Source: Bugula neritina (lineage: Eukaryota; Animalia; Bryozoa). Taken from it: a stretch of DNA of 64,000 nt. The stretch lies in the NCBI GenBank assembly GCA_964035545.1, contig OZ037769.1, forward strand, positions 17,656,078 through 17,720,077, read 5' to 3'. Position 1 is the stretch's first letter. Each line of letters starts with the position of its first letter. Below the pieces are notes generated by a model that saw nothing but the letters and a program-made list of their open reading frames with translations, did no database searches and was not told the DNA's origin. The position numbers were made by a program, and so were the translations under genes. Positions 14,205 to 28,560 of this stretch are shown piece after piece.

Positions 14205-14477
14205 CTCTCTCACTCCTCTCTCTGTCTCTTTCTCCCACTCCTTCCACTCAACCTCTCTCTCTTTCTCTCCCTCTCTCCCACCCTCCCTCTCTCCCACCTT
14301 CTCCCTCTCTCTCCCACTCTCTGTCTTTCCCACCTTCTCTCTCTCCTAACCTTACTCTCCTCCCTTTTCCACTATCTCTCTGACTCTCTCCCTTTCTCTC
14401 TTCTACCCCATCTCTCTTCCATCCTCTCTCCTAACCTTTCTCTCCCACCCCCCCTCTCCCACTCTCTTTCTCTCTCT
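14205..14477. repeat. Degenerate (CT)n polypyrimidine tract
   Basis: Nearly all C/T. It explains the Leu/Ser/Pro-rich ORFs 13983-14540 and 14198-14383. Confidence 0.9.
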
Positions 14478-17400
14478 AGTTTGCATGGCTTTACCCAATT
14501 TTGGTTTATTTTGTTTCAGAGTATCCAAAAGGAAAGCTAAAATTTATTTAATATATATTATACTAACTTGAGCTTTACATATAACATCAAATAAATGCTG
14601 TGTTTTGTTAAAACAATGTTTGCAACTTTGTAGTATATTCAAATTCATAATTTATTTGTAGAGTCACACAACAAGACACTACTCTGACACACTCACAAGT
14701 TGCCACTGATCCAGCAGTATAGATGATTGTTTTCTCCACTGGCTATGCTGTCACGCTTTACTGATGTGGTGTTTGAAACAATCCAATTGTTTGCCTACGC
14801 AGACTAGGGTGAGAAAAAAAGTGAGAAATGAAAGCTGTTTTTAACACCAACTACACTTAGTTTTTATTGAATGAAAAACAAAGTGAAATCATTAGTTATC
14901 AGTTAAATGACTAAATCACTGTTTATAAAGATGAAACACAAATAATCTTATAATATGCTAATGAAATTTGGCTTTCAAATAGCTTTTTTCTGTATATTTG
15001 TTGAGGAAGTTTATCTTCAACAAAACTTCGTAGCTGTTGAATATGTGGAGAGTATTTTATGTTGCATAAATTTATAGAGTAAAAGGTTCTTATCAAACTT
15101 TTACAACTTAGCTCATCTACGGTTTAAAAGTGTGAGTCACCCTTCACACTAGAGTTTTATAAAGTTTTAATGAATGTGCAGTATTTCATAAAATATTGTG
15201 TGTCTCGTAAATTTAGCTATTTATACCTTTTCAGTGAGATTGGAGTAAACACACCTCAAAATTCACATCTGGTATCACATTGATCTATCGCAAGTCAAAG
15301 TACACCTACTAACTCGTCCTTCCTTAATACCTGCTTGCTTTTGCACTTCTACTCATTTCATATACGTAACATTTCTCTTGCAGATGAATTACATCTTTTA
15401 AGTTGTAAAAGCCTTAAATAGCATGAAATTAATGAGGTTTAAACCGTGGCCACACTAACTATTGATGCGTTTATTGATGGGTTAAATTACACGAAAATAT
15501 TGTCTCTTTCTTTTTAGTTTCACCTAAAGTATTACATACTATTGATGGAGGCTTTGCTGAAGTTATTGGGTGATGATTTGTCAATACTTTTCCAGAGAAG
15601 ATGATGTCACGGTGGCTGGCGTCATTATGCAGTTTCCAAATTTCTTTCGGGCTTGCTCTAGTGAAAATGTTGGAAAACAATCAACAAAAAGGTTTGTACC
15701 ATAAACGAAGTTATTGTGTGCATGTTGCCAAAGCATAAAGTGTGCCGGACATTTTTAAGTTTCTGTTGAGTTGCGTTGATGCTTTTCCTGCATGAAAAAA
15801 GTTCCAGTTTCAGTTAATATCACTTGCCGAGTACCCACCTATGTTTTAAATCATATTGATGCATAAGTTCTTTTTGTAATATTTAAAGTATAACTTGCCA
15901 AATTGCTATTCAATGCCCATTGAAGTTTCCAACTGTAATTAATTAGTTGATTTGGCAGCATAGTATCGATGATTGATGAAGGCAGCCGATATAATTATAA
16001 GCATAAATATCTATATCTACATGAAGATGTCATTCCCAATGATTGTTATTCTGAAATCAGCTGATTAAGTTATCACAAACTAAACATTTTGACCAGCGGC
16101 TTTTACAATGCAACTCGGTGAAATTTTAGACCTAGATGAATTGAATTTCTTACTGAAAATCGTGAAGGTATTAAAGTTTAAAGGGTCATCTCTCTGCGAA
16201 TTCTAATAGCATGGTGCCAATTAGACTTGAAAAAATTTCAAGGCACTATAAAGCACTAAGCCCATTCTTACAAGTAGTTTCAAAATGCACTGGAATTTCA
16301 GTTTACTTGTCATTGTATAGAATCCTGATCTACACTATATAGCATTCACTATTGCCTGCTTCTTCTAAGCATCTATAATGTATTAACTACAGTTTGCTTT
16401 GAATTTCTACTTGGTATTTTTTCCTTATCGTTCTGTTGTTTGCCAGTAGTCTTAATTTAATGGATTTTCCCTTTTCAAAAGTGGTTGTGACAATCAAACA
16501 CATCATGCAGCCTGCAACTACACAATCAGTCAGTAATTTCTTCCATTAAAGTAGCTCTTCTGGTTACTCTTGTTCACCTAAAAGCCTGAGCCTCATTCAA
16601 ATTGCAAGTTTTTAGAGTTGGTAATTTTTCATGCAGTCTTTCATTTTTTTTTTTTAGGCACAAAATTAGTATTCACTAGACCTAATCTTTCATCTGCATG
16701 TATGCCTATTGTTTGTTCATTAAAGAAAAACCTCTGCTGAATATTGAACTAATAATGAAAACGAATTCCCTAAACTAAAAGTAGCAGTGTGATTTTGGTA
16801 TTACAATCAGTTGTTAGCATAGAGTCAAGTTATTGACAGGAATTTTCATATTGAAATAAATGAATTTCATTGTAAGTCAGCAAGATTTAGTCTAAGTAAA
16901 CATAGCATTACATCATGTTCTTATTTAACATTGGTAGAAGGCAACATTTATTTTAAGGACTGTTGTAAACTTAAATGTAATTTTAGGTACTTTCCATGTT
17001 TGTTATTGTAGATGGTCTTGTTCTTTGGAATGGATGTGACAACTCCTTGTGTCAAACTTAACTGATTGACTACTGAATCCCAATCATGTTTTGCCAAAAA
17101 ATGTGAAAATGGAGTGCATGTCTACTTTATTTGAGAAAATATTAAAAATACTTTTGAAACTTCATCTAGCCAAACAATACAACAGTTTCATTTTATTAAA
17201 AAACATCATTTGCCCAAAATGTATTATGTAATCGAACAATTTCTAGAAAAAAAGTGCTTTCCTCCAGTTTTGCTAATGAATTACATATTTCATTACATGC
17301 TTGTCTTTATAATTTTATTAATTGTTTTTTCTGGTGAGTCAATTAAAGTCAATTCAACCTAGAAAAGTCTGAATTTCAGACTTAATTTCAAGCTAGAATA

Positions 17401-18398
17401 TTCACATTTTTAGGTCTGCGTTTGCAAACATTGTTGTGTTACTTTACTTTTTATATTTTTTGAAATAAATATTTTTTTAGCTTGTGCCTATTCATGATTA
17501 GAATAGTATAATAATATTTAAATTTTCTTCAATTTTAATAGATGAAAATTTTGATCAGTTGGAGTATTCAGTTTAGCTGAATTTTACTTGCTTCTGCGAA
17601 AACAATCTTTTGGAGTTGTCTGCCCTCTCTTTAGGTAATTTTTTGACCTATGGTCAACGCAATAATTATAACTTTTTAAAGATGCTTGTGAACCTAACAA
17701 TATAGCACAACTATCAAACCACATTATTTATTCAATATCTGCATAAAATTTAGCCAATAATCTGCCACCCAATGAGCTTGAAAAGATATTAGAATTCTAG
17801 CTCAGTGCTGCCATCAATGTAGATATTTATATTGATATAAAGCCAAAACTCATTATTTATAATGATATAAAGCCAAAACTCATTATTGCATGAAATTATC
17901 TAACCATTCCTGACGAAGAATCGAGATAATAACTCCAAAGTTGGTCAGTTGAAACCACAGCAATAATACTTTAATCCTTATAATTATCAGGTTTAATTTT
18001 ATACCAAGCCCCAATAAGTACATATCACTATGACAACACAGCCTAAGCACCTCCAATGCAAGAAATTTAGTATTGTGGTGCTACAAATCCTCCAGTTACA
18101 AATGAGTAGAGCTTTCATGATTATTGGTCTACCATAATGTTTATTTAGCTGTAGGGACTAGCATAAATGCTATTATATGTGGGAGGTATTTGAAAAGCTT
18201 CCAACTCCATCTTCAACTACGGGCTATTATAATTATGCCGATAAACGAGATACTACACTCAGACTGCCCTGTTATAGTACTATGATTGGCTACTGCAAAA
18301 TTTTTGCCGATAGACAACATTTATTTATGATGTAATGTATCTCGTATTGGCACATAAGTGTTATGTCTGAAGACGAGATACTGTGAAATTATGCCCTG

Positions 18399-19080
18399 AT
18401 TATATTATATAGTTTATACTCTCTATTATATTATATAGTTTATATTCTCTATTATAATATATAGTTTATATTCTCTATTATATTATATAGTATATATTCT
18501 CTATTATATTATATAGTTTATATTCTCTATTATATTATATAGTTTATATTCTCTATTATATTATATAGTTTATACTCTCTATTATATTATATAGTTTATA
18601 CTCTCTATTATATCATATAGTTTATATTCTCTATTATATTATATAGTTTATACTCTCTATTATATTATATAGTTTATACTCTCTATTATATTATATAGTT
18701 TATACTCTCTATTATATTATATAGTTTATACTCTCTATTATATTATATAGTTTATATTCTCTATTATATTATATAGTTTATATTCTCTATTATATTATAT
18801 AGTTTATATTCTCTATTATATTATATAGTTTATATTCTCTATTATACTATATAGTTTATATTCTCTATTATATTATATAGTTTATATTCTCTATTATATT
18901 ATATAGTTTATATTCTCTATTATATTATATAGTTTATATTCTCTATTATATTATATAGTTTATATTCTCTATTATATTATATAGTTTATATTCTCTATTA
19001 TATTATATAGTTTATATTCTCTATTATATAGTTTATATTCTCTATTATATTATATAGTTTATACTCTCTATTATATTATA
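18399..19080. repeat. 26-bp AT-rich minisatellite (CTCTATTATATTATATAGTTTATAYT), ~26 copies
   Basis: CTCT recurs at 18421, 18447 and onward, giving a period of 26. Confidence 0.97.
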
Positions 19081-22000
19081 TAACATTTACAGTAATACAG
19101 TAGAACTATCTTATAGCAGTGCTGACTATAGTAACATTTACAGTAATACAGTAGAACTATCTTATAGCAGTGCTGACTAGTAACATTTACAGTAATACAG
19201 TAGAACTATCTTATAGCAGTGCTGACTAACAACATTTACAGTAATACAGTAGAACTATCTTATAGCAGTGCTGACTATAGTAACATTTACAGTAATACAG
19301 TAGAACTATCTTATAGCAGTGCTGACTAGTAACATTTACAGTAATACAGTAGAACTATCTTATAGCAGTGCTGACTAGTAACATTTACAGTAATACAGTA
19401 GAACTATCTTATAGCAGTGCTGACTATAGTAACATTTACAGTAATACAGTAGAACTATCTTATAGCAGTGCTGACTAATAACATTTACAGTAATACAGTA
19501 GAACTATCTTATAGCAGTGCTGACTAATAACATTTACAGTGATACAGTAGAACTATCTTATAGCAGTGCTGACTAATAACATTTACAGTAATACAGTAGG
19601 ACTATCTTATAGCAGTGCTGACTATAGTAACATATACAGTAATACAGTAGAACTATCTTATAGCAGTGCTGACTATAGTAACATTTACAGTAATACAGTA
19701 GAACTATCTTATAGCAGTGCTGACTATAGTAACATTTACAGTAATACAGTAGAACTATCTTATAGCAGTGCTGACTAGTAACATTTACAGTAATACAGTA
19801 GAACTATCTTATAGCAGTGCTGACTAGTAACATTTACAGTAATACAGTAGAACTATCTTATAGCAGTGCTGACTAGTAACATTTACAGTAATACAGTAGA
19901 ACTATTTTATGGCAGTGCTGACTAGTAACATTTACAGTAATACAGTAGAACTATCTTATAGCAGTGCTGACTAGTAACATTTACAGTAATACAGTAGAAC
20001 TATCTTATAGCAGTGCTGACTAATAACATTTACAGTAATACAGCAGAACTATCTTATAGCAGTGCTGACTAGTAACATTTACAGTAATACAGTAGAACTA
20101 TCTTATAGCAGTGCTGACTAATAACATTTACAGTAATACAGTAGAACTATCTTATAGCAGTGCTGACTAATAACATTTACAGTAATACAGTAGAACTATC
20201 TTATAGCAGTGCTGACTAATAACATTTACAGTAATACAGCAGAACTATCTTATAGCAGTGCTGACTAATAACATTTACAGTAATACAGTAGAACTATCTT
20301 ATAGCAGTGCTGACTAATAACATTTACAGTAATACAGTAGAACTATCTTATAGCAGTGCTGACTATAGTAACATATACAGTGATACAGTAGAACTATCTT
20401 ATGGCAGTGCTGACTAGTAACATTTACAGTAATACAGTAGAACTATCTTATAGCAGTGCTGACTAGTAACATTTGCAGTAATACAGTAGAACTATCTTAT
20501 GGCAGTGCTGACTAGTAACATTTACAGTAATACAGTAGAACTATCTTATAGCAGTGCTGACTAATAACATTTACAGTAATACAGTAGAACTATCTTATAG
20601 CAATGCTGACTATAGTAACATTTACAGTAATACAGTAGGACTATTTTATAGCAGTGCTGACTAGTAACATTTACAGTAATACAGTAGAACTATCTTATAG
20701 CAGTGCTGACTAGTAACATTTACAGTGATACAGTAGAACTATGTTATAGCAGTGCTGACTATAGTAACATTTACAGTAATACAGTAGAACTATCTTATAG
20801 CAGTGCTGACTATAGTAACATTTACAGTAATACAGTAGAACTATCTTATAGCAGTGCTGACTATAGTAACATTTACAGTAATACAGTAGAACTATCTTAT
20901 AGCAGTGCTGACTATAGTAACATTTACAGTAATACAGTAGAACTATCTTATAGCAGTGCTGACTATAGTAACATTTACAGTAATACAGTAGAACTATCTT
21001 ATAGCAGTGCTGACTAGTAACATTTACAGTAATACAGTAGAACTATTTTATAGCAGTGCTGACTAGTAACATTTACAGTAATACAGTAGAACTATCTTAT
21101 AGCAGTGCTGACTAGTAACATTTACAGTAATACAGTAGAACTATCTTATGGCAGTGCTGACTAGTAACATTTACAGTAATACAGTAGAACTATCTTATAG
21201 CAGTGCTGACTATAGTAACATTTACAGTAATACAGTAGGACTATCTTATAGCAGTGCTGACTAGTAACATTTACAGTAATATAGTAGAACTATCTTATAG
21301 CAGTGCTGACTAATAACATATACAGTAATACAGTAGAACTATCTTATAGCAGTGCTGACTAGTAACATTTACAGTAATATAGTAGAACTATCTTATAGCA
21401 GTGCTGACTAATAACATATACAGTAATACAGTAGAACTATCTTATAGCAGTGCTGACTAATAACATTTACAGTGATACAGTAGAACTATCTTATAGCAGT
21501 GCTGACTAGTAACATTTACAGTAATACAGTAGAACTATCTTATAGCAGTGCTGACTAGTAACATTTACAGTAATACAGTAGAACTATCTTATAGCAGTGC
21601 TGACTAGTAACATTTACAGTAATACAGTAGAACTATCTTATAGCAGTGCTGACTAGTAACATTTACAGTAATACAGCAGAACTATCTTATAGCAGTGCTG
21701 ACTAATAACATTTACAGTAATACAGTAGAACTATCTTATAGCAGTGCTGACTAATAACATTTACAGTAATACAGTAGAACTATCTTATAGCAGTGCTGAC
21801 TAGTAACATTTACAGTAATACAGCAGAACTATCTTATAGCAGTGCTGACTAGTAACATTTACAGTAATACAGTAGAACTATTTTATGGCAGTGCTGACTA
21901 GTAACATTTACAGTAATACAGTAGAACTATCTTATAGCAGTGCTGACTAGTAACATTTACAGTAATACAGCAGAACTATCTTATAGCAGTGCTGACTAGT

Positions 22001-24226
22001 AACATTTACAGTAATACAGTAGAACTATCTTATAGCAGTGCTGACTAATAACATTTACAGTAATACAGCAGAACTATCTTATAGCAGTGCTCACTAATAA
22101 CATTTACAGTAATACAGTAGAACTATTTTATGGCAGTGCTGACTAGTAACATATACAGTAATACAGCAGAACTATCTTATAGCAGTGCTGACTAGTAACA
22201 TTTACAGTAATACAGTAGAACTATCTTATAGCAGTGCTCACTAATAACATTTACAGTAATACAGTAGAACTATCTTATAGCAGTGCTGACTAATAACATT
22301 TACAGTAATACTGTAGAACTATCTTATGGCAGTGCTGACTAGTAACATTTACAGTAATACAGTAGAACTATCTTATAGCAGTGCTGACTAATAACATTTA
22401 CAGTAATACAGCAGAACTATCTTATAGCAGTGCTGACTAATAACATTTACAGTAATACAGTAGAACTATCTTATAGCAGTGCTGACTAATAACATTTACA
22501 GTAATACAGTAGAACTATCTTATAGCAGTGCTGACTAATAACATTTACAGTGATACAGTAGAACTATCTTATAGCAGTGCTGACTAGTAACATTTACAGT
22601 GATACAGTAGAACTATCTTATAGCAGTGCTGACTAATAACATTTACAGTAATACAGTAGAACTATCTTATAGCAGTGCTGACTAGTAACATTTACAGTAA
22701 TACAGTAGAACTATCTTATAGCAGTGCTGACTAATAACATTTACAGTAATACAGTAGAACTATCTTATGGCAGTGCTGACTAATAACATTTACAGTGATA
22801 CAGTAGAACTATCTTATAGCAGTGCTGACTAGTAACATTTACAGTAATACAGTAGAACTATCTTATAGCAGTGCTGACTAGTAACATTTACAGTAATACA
22901 GTAGAACTATCTTATAGCAGTGCTGACTATAGTAACATTTACAGTAATACAGTAGAACTATCTTATAGCAGTGCTGACTATAGTAACATTTACAGTAATA
23001 CAGTAGAACTATTTTATAGCAGTGCTGACTAGTAACATTTACAGTAATACAGTAGAACTATCTTATAGCAGTGCTGACTAGTAACATTTACAGTAATACA
23101 GTAGAACTATGTTATAGCAGTGCTGACTAGTAACATTTACAGTAATACAGTAGAACTATCTTATAGCAGTGCTGACTATAGTAACATTTACAGTAATACA
23201 GTAGAACTATCTTATAGCAGTGCTGACTAATAACATTTACAGTAATACAGTAGAACTATCTTATAGCAGTGCTGACTAGTAACATTTACAGTAATACAGT
23301 AGAACTATCTTATAGCAGTGCTCACTAATAACATTTACAGTAATACAGTAGAACTATCTTATAGCAGTGCTGACTAGTAACATTTACAGTAATACAGTAG
23401 AACTATCTTATAGCAGTGCTGACTAATAACATATACAGTAATACAGCAGAACTATCTTATAGCAGTGCTGACTATAGTAACATTTACAGTAATACAGTAG
23501 AACTATCTTATGGCAGTGCTGACTAATAACATTTACAGTAATACAGTAGAACTATCTTATGGCAGTGCTGACTAGTAACATTTACAGTAATACAGTAGAA
23601 CTATCTTATAGCAGTGCTGACTAGTAACATTTACAGTAATACAGTAGAACTATCTTATAGCAGTGCTGACTAATAACATATACAGTGATACAGTAGAACT
23701 ATCTTATGGCAGTGCTGACTAGTAACATTTACAGTAATACAGTAGAACTATCTTATAGCAGTGCTGACTAATAACATTTACAGTAATACAGTAGAACTAT
23801 CTTATAGCAGTGCTGACTAGTAACATTTACAGTAATACAGTAGAACTATCTTATAGCAGTGCTGACTATAGTAACATTTACAGTAATACAGTAGAACTAT
23901 CTTATAGCAGTGCTGACTAGTAACATTTACAGTAATACAGTAGAACTATCTTATAGCAGTGCTCACTAATAACATTTACAGTGATACAGTAGAACTATCT
24001 TATAGCAGTGCTGACTAATAACATTTACAGTAATACAGTAGGACTATCTTATAGCAGTGCTGACTATAGTAACATATACAGTAATACAGTAGAACTATCT
24101 TATAGCAGTGCTGACTATAGTAACATTTACAGTAATACAGTAGAACTATCTTATAGCAGTGCTGACTATAGTAACATATACAGTAATACAGTAGAACTAT
24201 CTTATAGCAGTGCTGACTAGTAACAT
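19081..24226. repeat. 49/51-bp satellite TAACATTTACAGTAATACAGTAGAACTATCTTATAGCAGTGCTGAC-(TAG/TAA/TATAG), ~100 copies
   Basis: Head-to-tail, near-identical units with no unique spacers. Length dimorphism comes from an extra TA. Confidence 0.98.
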
Positions 24227-24230
24227 ATAT

Positions 24231-24370
24231 ACTATATAATATTACAGTATAATATAGTATGATATACTATCATATGTTACAGTATAATATAGTATGATAC
24301 GCTATAATATATTACAGTATAATATACTATGATATACTATAATATATTACAGCATAATATAGTATAAATT
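24231..24370. repeat. 35-bp tandem repeat x4 (ACTATAATATATTACAGTATAATATAGTATGATAT)
   Basis: Four diverged units directly follow the 49/51-bp array. Confidence 0.85.
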
Positions 24371-24389
24371 ACAATATGTTTGCCAACAG

Positions 24390-24512
24390 GGGGAGTGCTG
24401 ATTGCCGTGGTTACAATTGTCTTTGGCTTCGCTACTTACTACTTCATAAAGAATTATGGGAATGCAAAAGTTGCGGATGGGAGAGCATTTCAGCGAAATC
24501 AACAAAGGCTAG
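24390..24512 (+). CDS. Internal coding exon (phase 1-1, 123 bp) encoding a transmembrane helix and juxtamembrane segment: (G)GVLIAVVTIVFGFATYYFIKNYGNAKVADGRAFQRNQQRL(G)
   Basis: Acceptor TTTGCCAACAG| at 24389 and donor |GTATAT at 24513. Length is a multiple of 3 and the frame is open. GC content is much higher than the flanking satellite. A ~20-aa hydrophobic stretch is followed by polar/basic residues. Confidence 0.65.
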
Positions 24513-25057
24513 GTATATATTACTTTATTGTATTACTGTATTATATTACTATATTATACTACTATATTATGTTACTATATTATATTACTGTGTTGTGTTA
24601 TATTGCTTTATTATATTACTATATTATACACAGTTAAGTGTATGTTACTGTATATACTATATATTACTACAATACATTGCTACGTTAGTTATATATAATT
24701 TATATAATATGATCCCATACAAGGTATAAATAATCAAATTGCAACATTATATAAGCTATATACTATACTATATATTATATTTTATGAAGTATATATAATA
24801 CATCAGACTATTATAGTATTTTAGCTGTTATGTGATTAGTAAATTATAAAATAATGCTAGTATAATAATAAGGAACAATAGTTTGTTTATAATACATAAA
24901 TTATAAGAAAAAATAATATACTCATAATATGTAAATTAGAACTACTTAATAATATATAATTCATATTATATGAGTTGAAAGTGAAAATATATTTATTGCA
25001 TTTTGTGACAGAACCGCCCAGTGCAGATCCCTTTTAATTACTGCAAGAAATACTCGA

Positions 25058-25337
25058 ATATTACACACAGATATTACACACAGGTATTACACACAGATAT
25101 TACACACAGATATTACACACAGATATTACACACAGATATTACACACGGATGTTACACACAGATGTTACACACAGATATTACACGCAGATATTACACGCAG
25201 ATATTACACGCAGATATTACACACAGATATTACACGCAGATATTACACGCAGATATTACACGCAGATATTACACGCAGATATTACACGCAGATATTACAC
25301 ACAGATATTACACACAGATATTACACACAGATATCAC
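25058..25337. repeat. 13-bp minisatellite (ATATTACACRCAG)n, ~21 copies
   Basis: Direct tandem repeat. It generates ORFs 25021-25401 and 25149-25343. Confidence 0.96.
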
Positions 25338-25381
25338 AGTTAGTTTAAGGTCATACTTTTCATTTTCTGGCTCTTTGCCAG

Positions 25382-25401
25382 GTGCTTTATGTTCTATATG
25401 A
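25382..25401 (+). CDS. Candidate terminal coding exon (G)ALCSI* continuing the 24390-24512 exon
   Basis: Polypyrimidine acceptor TACTTTTCATTTTCTGGCTCTTTGCCAG| at 25381. A phase-1 join gives GGT GCT TTA TGT TCT ATA TGA. Confidence 0.4.
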
Positions 25402-26922
25402 ACAATGTTCCACTGATAGCTCGAACAGGTTGAATGTCACAGGAACAAAAAAAATATGAAAAGATAAAGAAACTTATGTTCTCCAATATGCTTTTTTATT
25501 TTTTGCAAAAGCCAATTCATGTTTAAGTTATAGCTCGTTGAAAAACATAGTCCCCCTTCCACATTCTTTTTAATTTATACGCTCCTGACTTGTTATTGTG
25601 TCTCAATATGCCTTGTATTTGAGTGCTTGTTAGTCTCGCTTCACTAACTTTGCCTATACTTCACAAGTGCCAGTGCTGCTGGCTCAAAAGCTAAATGTTA
25701 TAAACTGTCAGCTAAAACCCAATCTTGTATTCCTAGGTTGGTTGGCCTAAATAAAACAATAGTCAAATCATGATTTCATGTTTTAAAAATTTACTCTATT
25801 CTAACCTGCTGCCTAGCTATAAGTTCTATTTTTGATGTATAATTACAAAATTTGTGATACATTTTTTTGGCAACCATGTGATTTATAAAATGCAGTAATG
25901 GTACTTATAATATTATATTATTATCATTATAATATATTATATAGTATTATGTGTGTTTTTATTATACTGCATAATATCTATTTTATTATTGTTTTTGTGC
26001 AAACAAGTGCAATTAACCTAGTTTTCAAAATGTACCTCTAAATTATCAGAATATCAGTTTAGATATTTTCATGCTTTGTAAGGTAAACCTAAAAAAAGAG
26101 GCTGTATTCCCAAAGTAAAGGGTGTTGAACTATGAACTATATTAGATTAGCCACTCTGCTACCAAGTGCATCAGTATAATATTATATGAATAGCTCTGAT
26201 GCTTTGTCTCCGGTGGCTGGCTGCGATATGATAACTTGGCCAACTTCCAAGAGTTTAAAATTGGCGCAATTATTCAAGAGGTTACATACTGCACAGAGCT
26301 AGCAGTGATAGTAACCTTGCTATCGGCTGTACTTATTACAACTGCCAGCATATAAGCTGCATTGTAGAATGCCGTTGGGGTAGGCTAGTAAAACCAAATT
26401 CTGCTCTCTAATATACCTTAAACACAATGCAGCAACATAATTGTTCGTTTCAAATTACATTGCCACCCTTACATGAGCTGTGGGCTTCATAAAAATTCAT
26501 ATGATTAGAGATTTATGCTATAGGCTAGCTATGATGAAAAGAAAACACCATTGTCAAAGTTAACTTCAAGTATGTTGTTTTCCAGAAACTCAGTAATGTC
26601 CATTTATATCTCCCGCATACAAATACTTATGTAATAGCATACAGTTTAAGTTTTATTTTAGAGCACATCTGCAAACTCTACAATAAGAGCTTGCTTTACC
26701 AGTCTATTTCAGACCTGTTTTTGTAGCTAGTAATACGCAAGCTACTTATTTTTAAACTTTTGGGTTATTTGTTCAAAACCATTAGCTTTGCTAGTAACCC
26801 GAGACTATTGCAACAGTTGACTGCTATCAACATGAATTGACAGCCTAATAATTATAACCCATTTGCGCGCAAAATATTTATGTACTCATAGTTACTCATA
26901 TAGTTGGCAATTTATTAACGAT

Positions 26923-27003
26923 GACTGCGTGGTCCAGAGGTTAAAGGCGTCAGCGAGAAGCTGGTTGGTCATGGTTCAATCCTAGTATGCTGCATTATTT
27001 TTT
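26923..27003 (+). mobile_element. tRNA-derived Pol III head (SINE-like) or tRNA pseudogene
   Basis: A-box-like TGGTCCAGAGG (26930-26940) and B-box-like GGTTCAATCC (26973-26982) lie at tRNA spacing. There is an anticodon-like stem CAG..CTG and a following T-run, but no complete acceptor stem. Confidence 0.5.
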
Positions 27004-27896
27004 GTCAATTTATGCAAATCCTACGCATGTATAATAAATATGGCTATAATTGTAAAGTTTTTTTTTAACTTTTGTTCAACAGTAAGACAACATACATGCA
27101 TAATACTTAGCTACTGAACACTGGGCTAAACTTTAAATTGATCTTATAGAATACAATGTACTTAAAATAATCATATGTGAATTAGAGAAACTGGAAGTAC
27201 AACTGCTGCACTATAGACAGACCTTTACTGACAAGACTGCAAAGTGAAGTGATTTAGCTGAAATTAACTCTGCCAAACAAACAAAGAATTATGTTGTGCT
27301 GAGGCATTGTCAATAGATTGTAACATAGTGAGATGATTCAGCTAAGTGCTAATGTAAAACAGGGAACATTATATTGGCAGAAATCCAATAGATTGCCAAT
27401 TTGTGCGAGAGGGTACTATATGTTATTGTGATAGCGCAGAGCGGCAAACGTACTAGGAATGTTATAATTAGTCACAGGAGCGTAGCTAGAACCACCATAT
27501 GAAGAATTTAGATAATTGCAGTGAAACTTGCAAAATGGTGTATGTTTTTACCAAATTGTGAAGAGCATAAACAGAATTTCAAAAAACAAAGAAAGTATAT
27601 TAGAGAAAACATATCAAGGAATGTCAAGTTTAACTTTTAGACTTTATAAAATGAATCCCCTGTGCTACAGCAGTGGAACATGGAGGGTGTAAAATTTTAC
27701 TTATTATGCAACAACTTTCTCAGAAAATTTTTTATTGAAAAATTAAAAAAGTATATGAAAGAGGAATGCAAGAGCTATCTTTTCATGTAAAATCTGTTAA
27801 TGTGAGACAAAAAATGTTCGAGCTATCCCCTGGAAACCGTTTATATATAACATAAAGCAGTGCCTGAATGTGGAAAGTAATGACCTTAAACTAACT

Positions 27897-28016
27897 GTGA
27901 TTACACACAGATATTACACGGATATTATACACATATATTACAAGGATATTACAAGGATATTACACACATATATTACCAGGACATTACAAAATATTACACA
28001 CAGATGTTACAAGGAT
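27897..28016. repeat. Degenerate second array of the 13-bp ATATTACACACAG minisatellite
   Basis: About 9 diverged units (ATATTACACACAT, ATATTACAAGG). Confidence 0.8.
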
Positions 28017-28560
28017 AAGACAAGACTACTACATTTATGATTGTGTATTTAAAGCAAGTAGTTGTGATTACTAGAAGCTCTTTCATTAGAATTCACGTAT
28101 CAGTACTGTTATTGCTTCATCAGTCTTTAATACTACTTCTAATAAATTCCTGTGTTACAGCTTTAGTTTGTTATAGCAATGATATAATTATGTCAGTCAT
28201 ACAACTTCTTCCCTTTTTGAAAAGGGAGAAATTAATAGTCAACATTTAGGAAAGGGAGGGAAATAGTTTCTTTAAGTCACCTATTCAATTTCTTTATGTC
28301 TCTTTGCGATGTTAATTTGTGTTTCTCTTTTTGATAGTTAATTTAGCATAGTCTATCTTCTTTTCCTGTTTATTTTGCCCTAAACATGATTTAAAAAGCT
28401 GCTTAAATTAAGGGGACAAATTTTTAAAAATATTTGATTGCTACATCTATGTTTTCCCTTCATTAGATTCTGAAACTTGAAGCACTAAAATTAGTGTACA
28501 TTTTCTTTGCTGCATACAGATCACTGATTTGGTAATGCCATTGGAACCTTCAGGGTGATG

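Noticed and set aside
13983-14540. 185-aa Leu/Ser-rich ORF
   Set aside because: It is a translation of a CT-rich low-complexity tract, starts at GTG and has no domain.
15471-15800. Possible Helitron Rep/helicase remnant (..LFSNIFTRASPKEIWKLH..DII)
   Set aside because: The resemblance is vague, and no other Rep or PIF1 helicase motifs were found nearby.
19081-24226. CRISPR array or repetitive protein (SNIYSNTVELSYSSADY)n
   Set aside because: There are no unique spacers and no cas genes, and the context is eukaryotic. ORFs exist only where 51-bp units run consecutively and are broken by 49-bp units.
25021-25380. ORFs with THRYYTQILH repeats
   Set aside because: Product of the 13-bp minisatellite.
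26923-27000. Functional tRNA gene
   Set aside because: The B box is one base short and the acceptor stem does not pair, so it is kept only as a SINE-like head.
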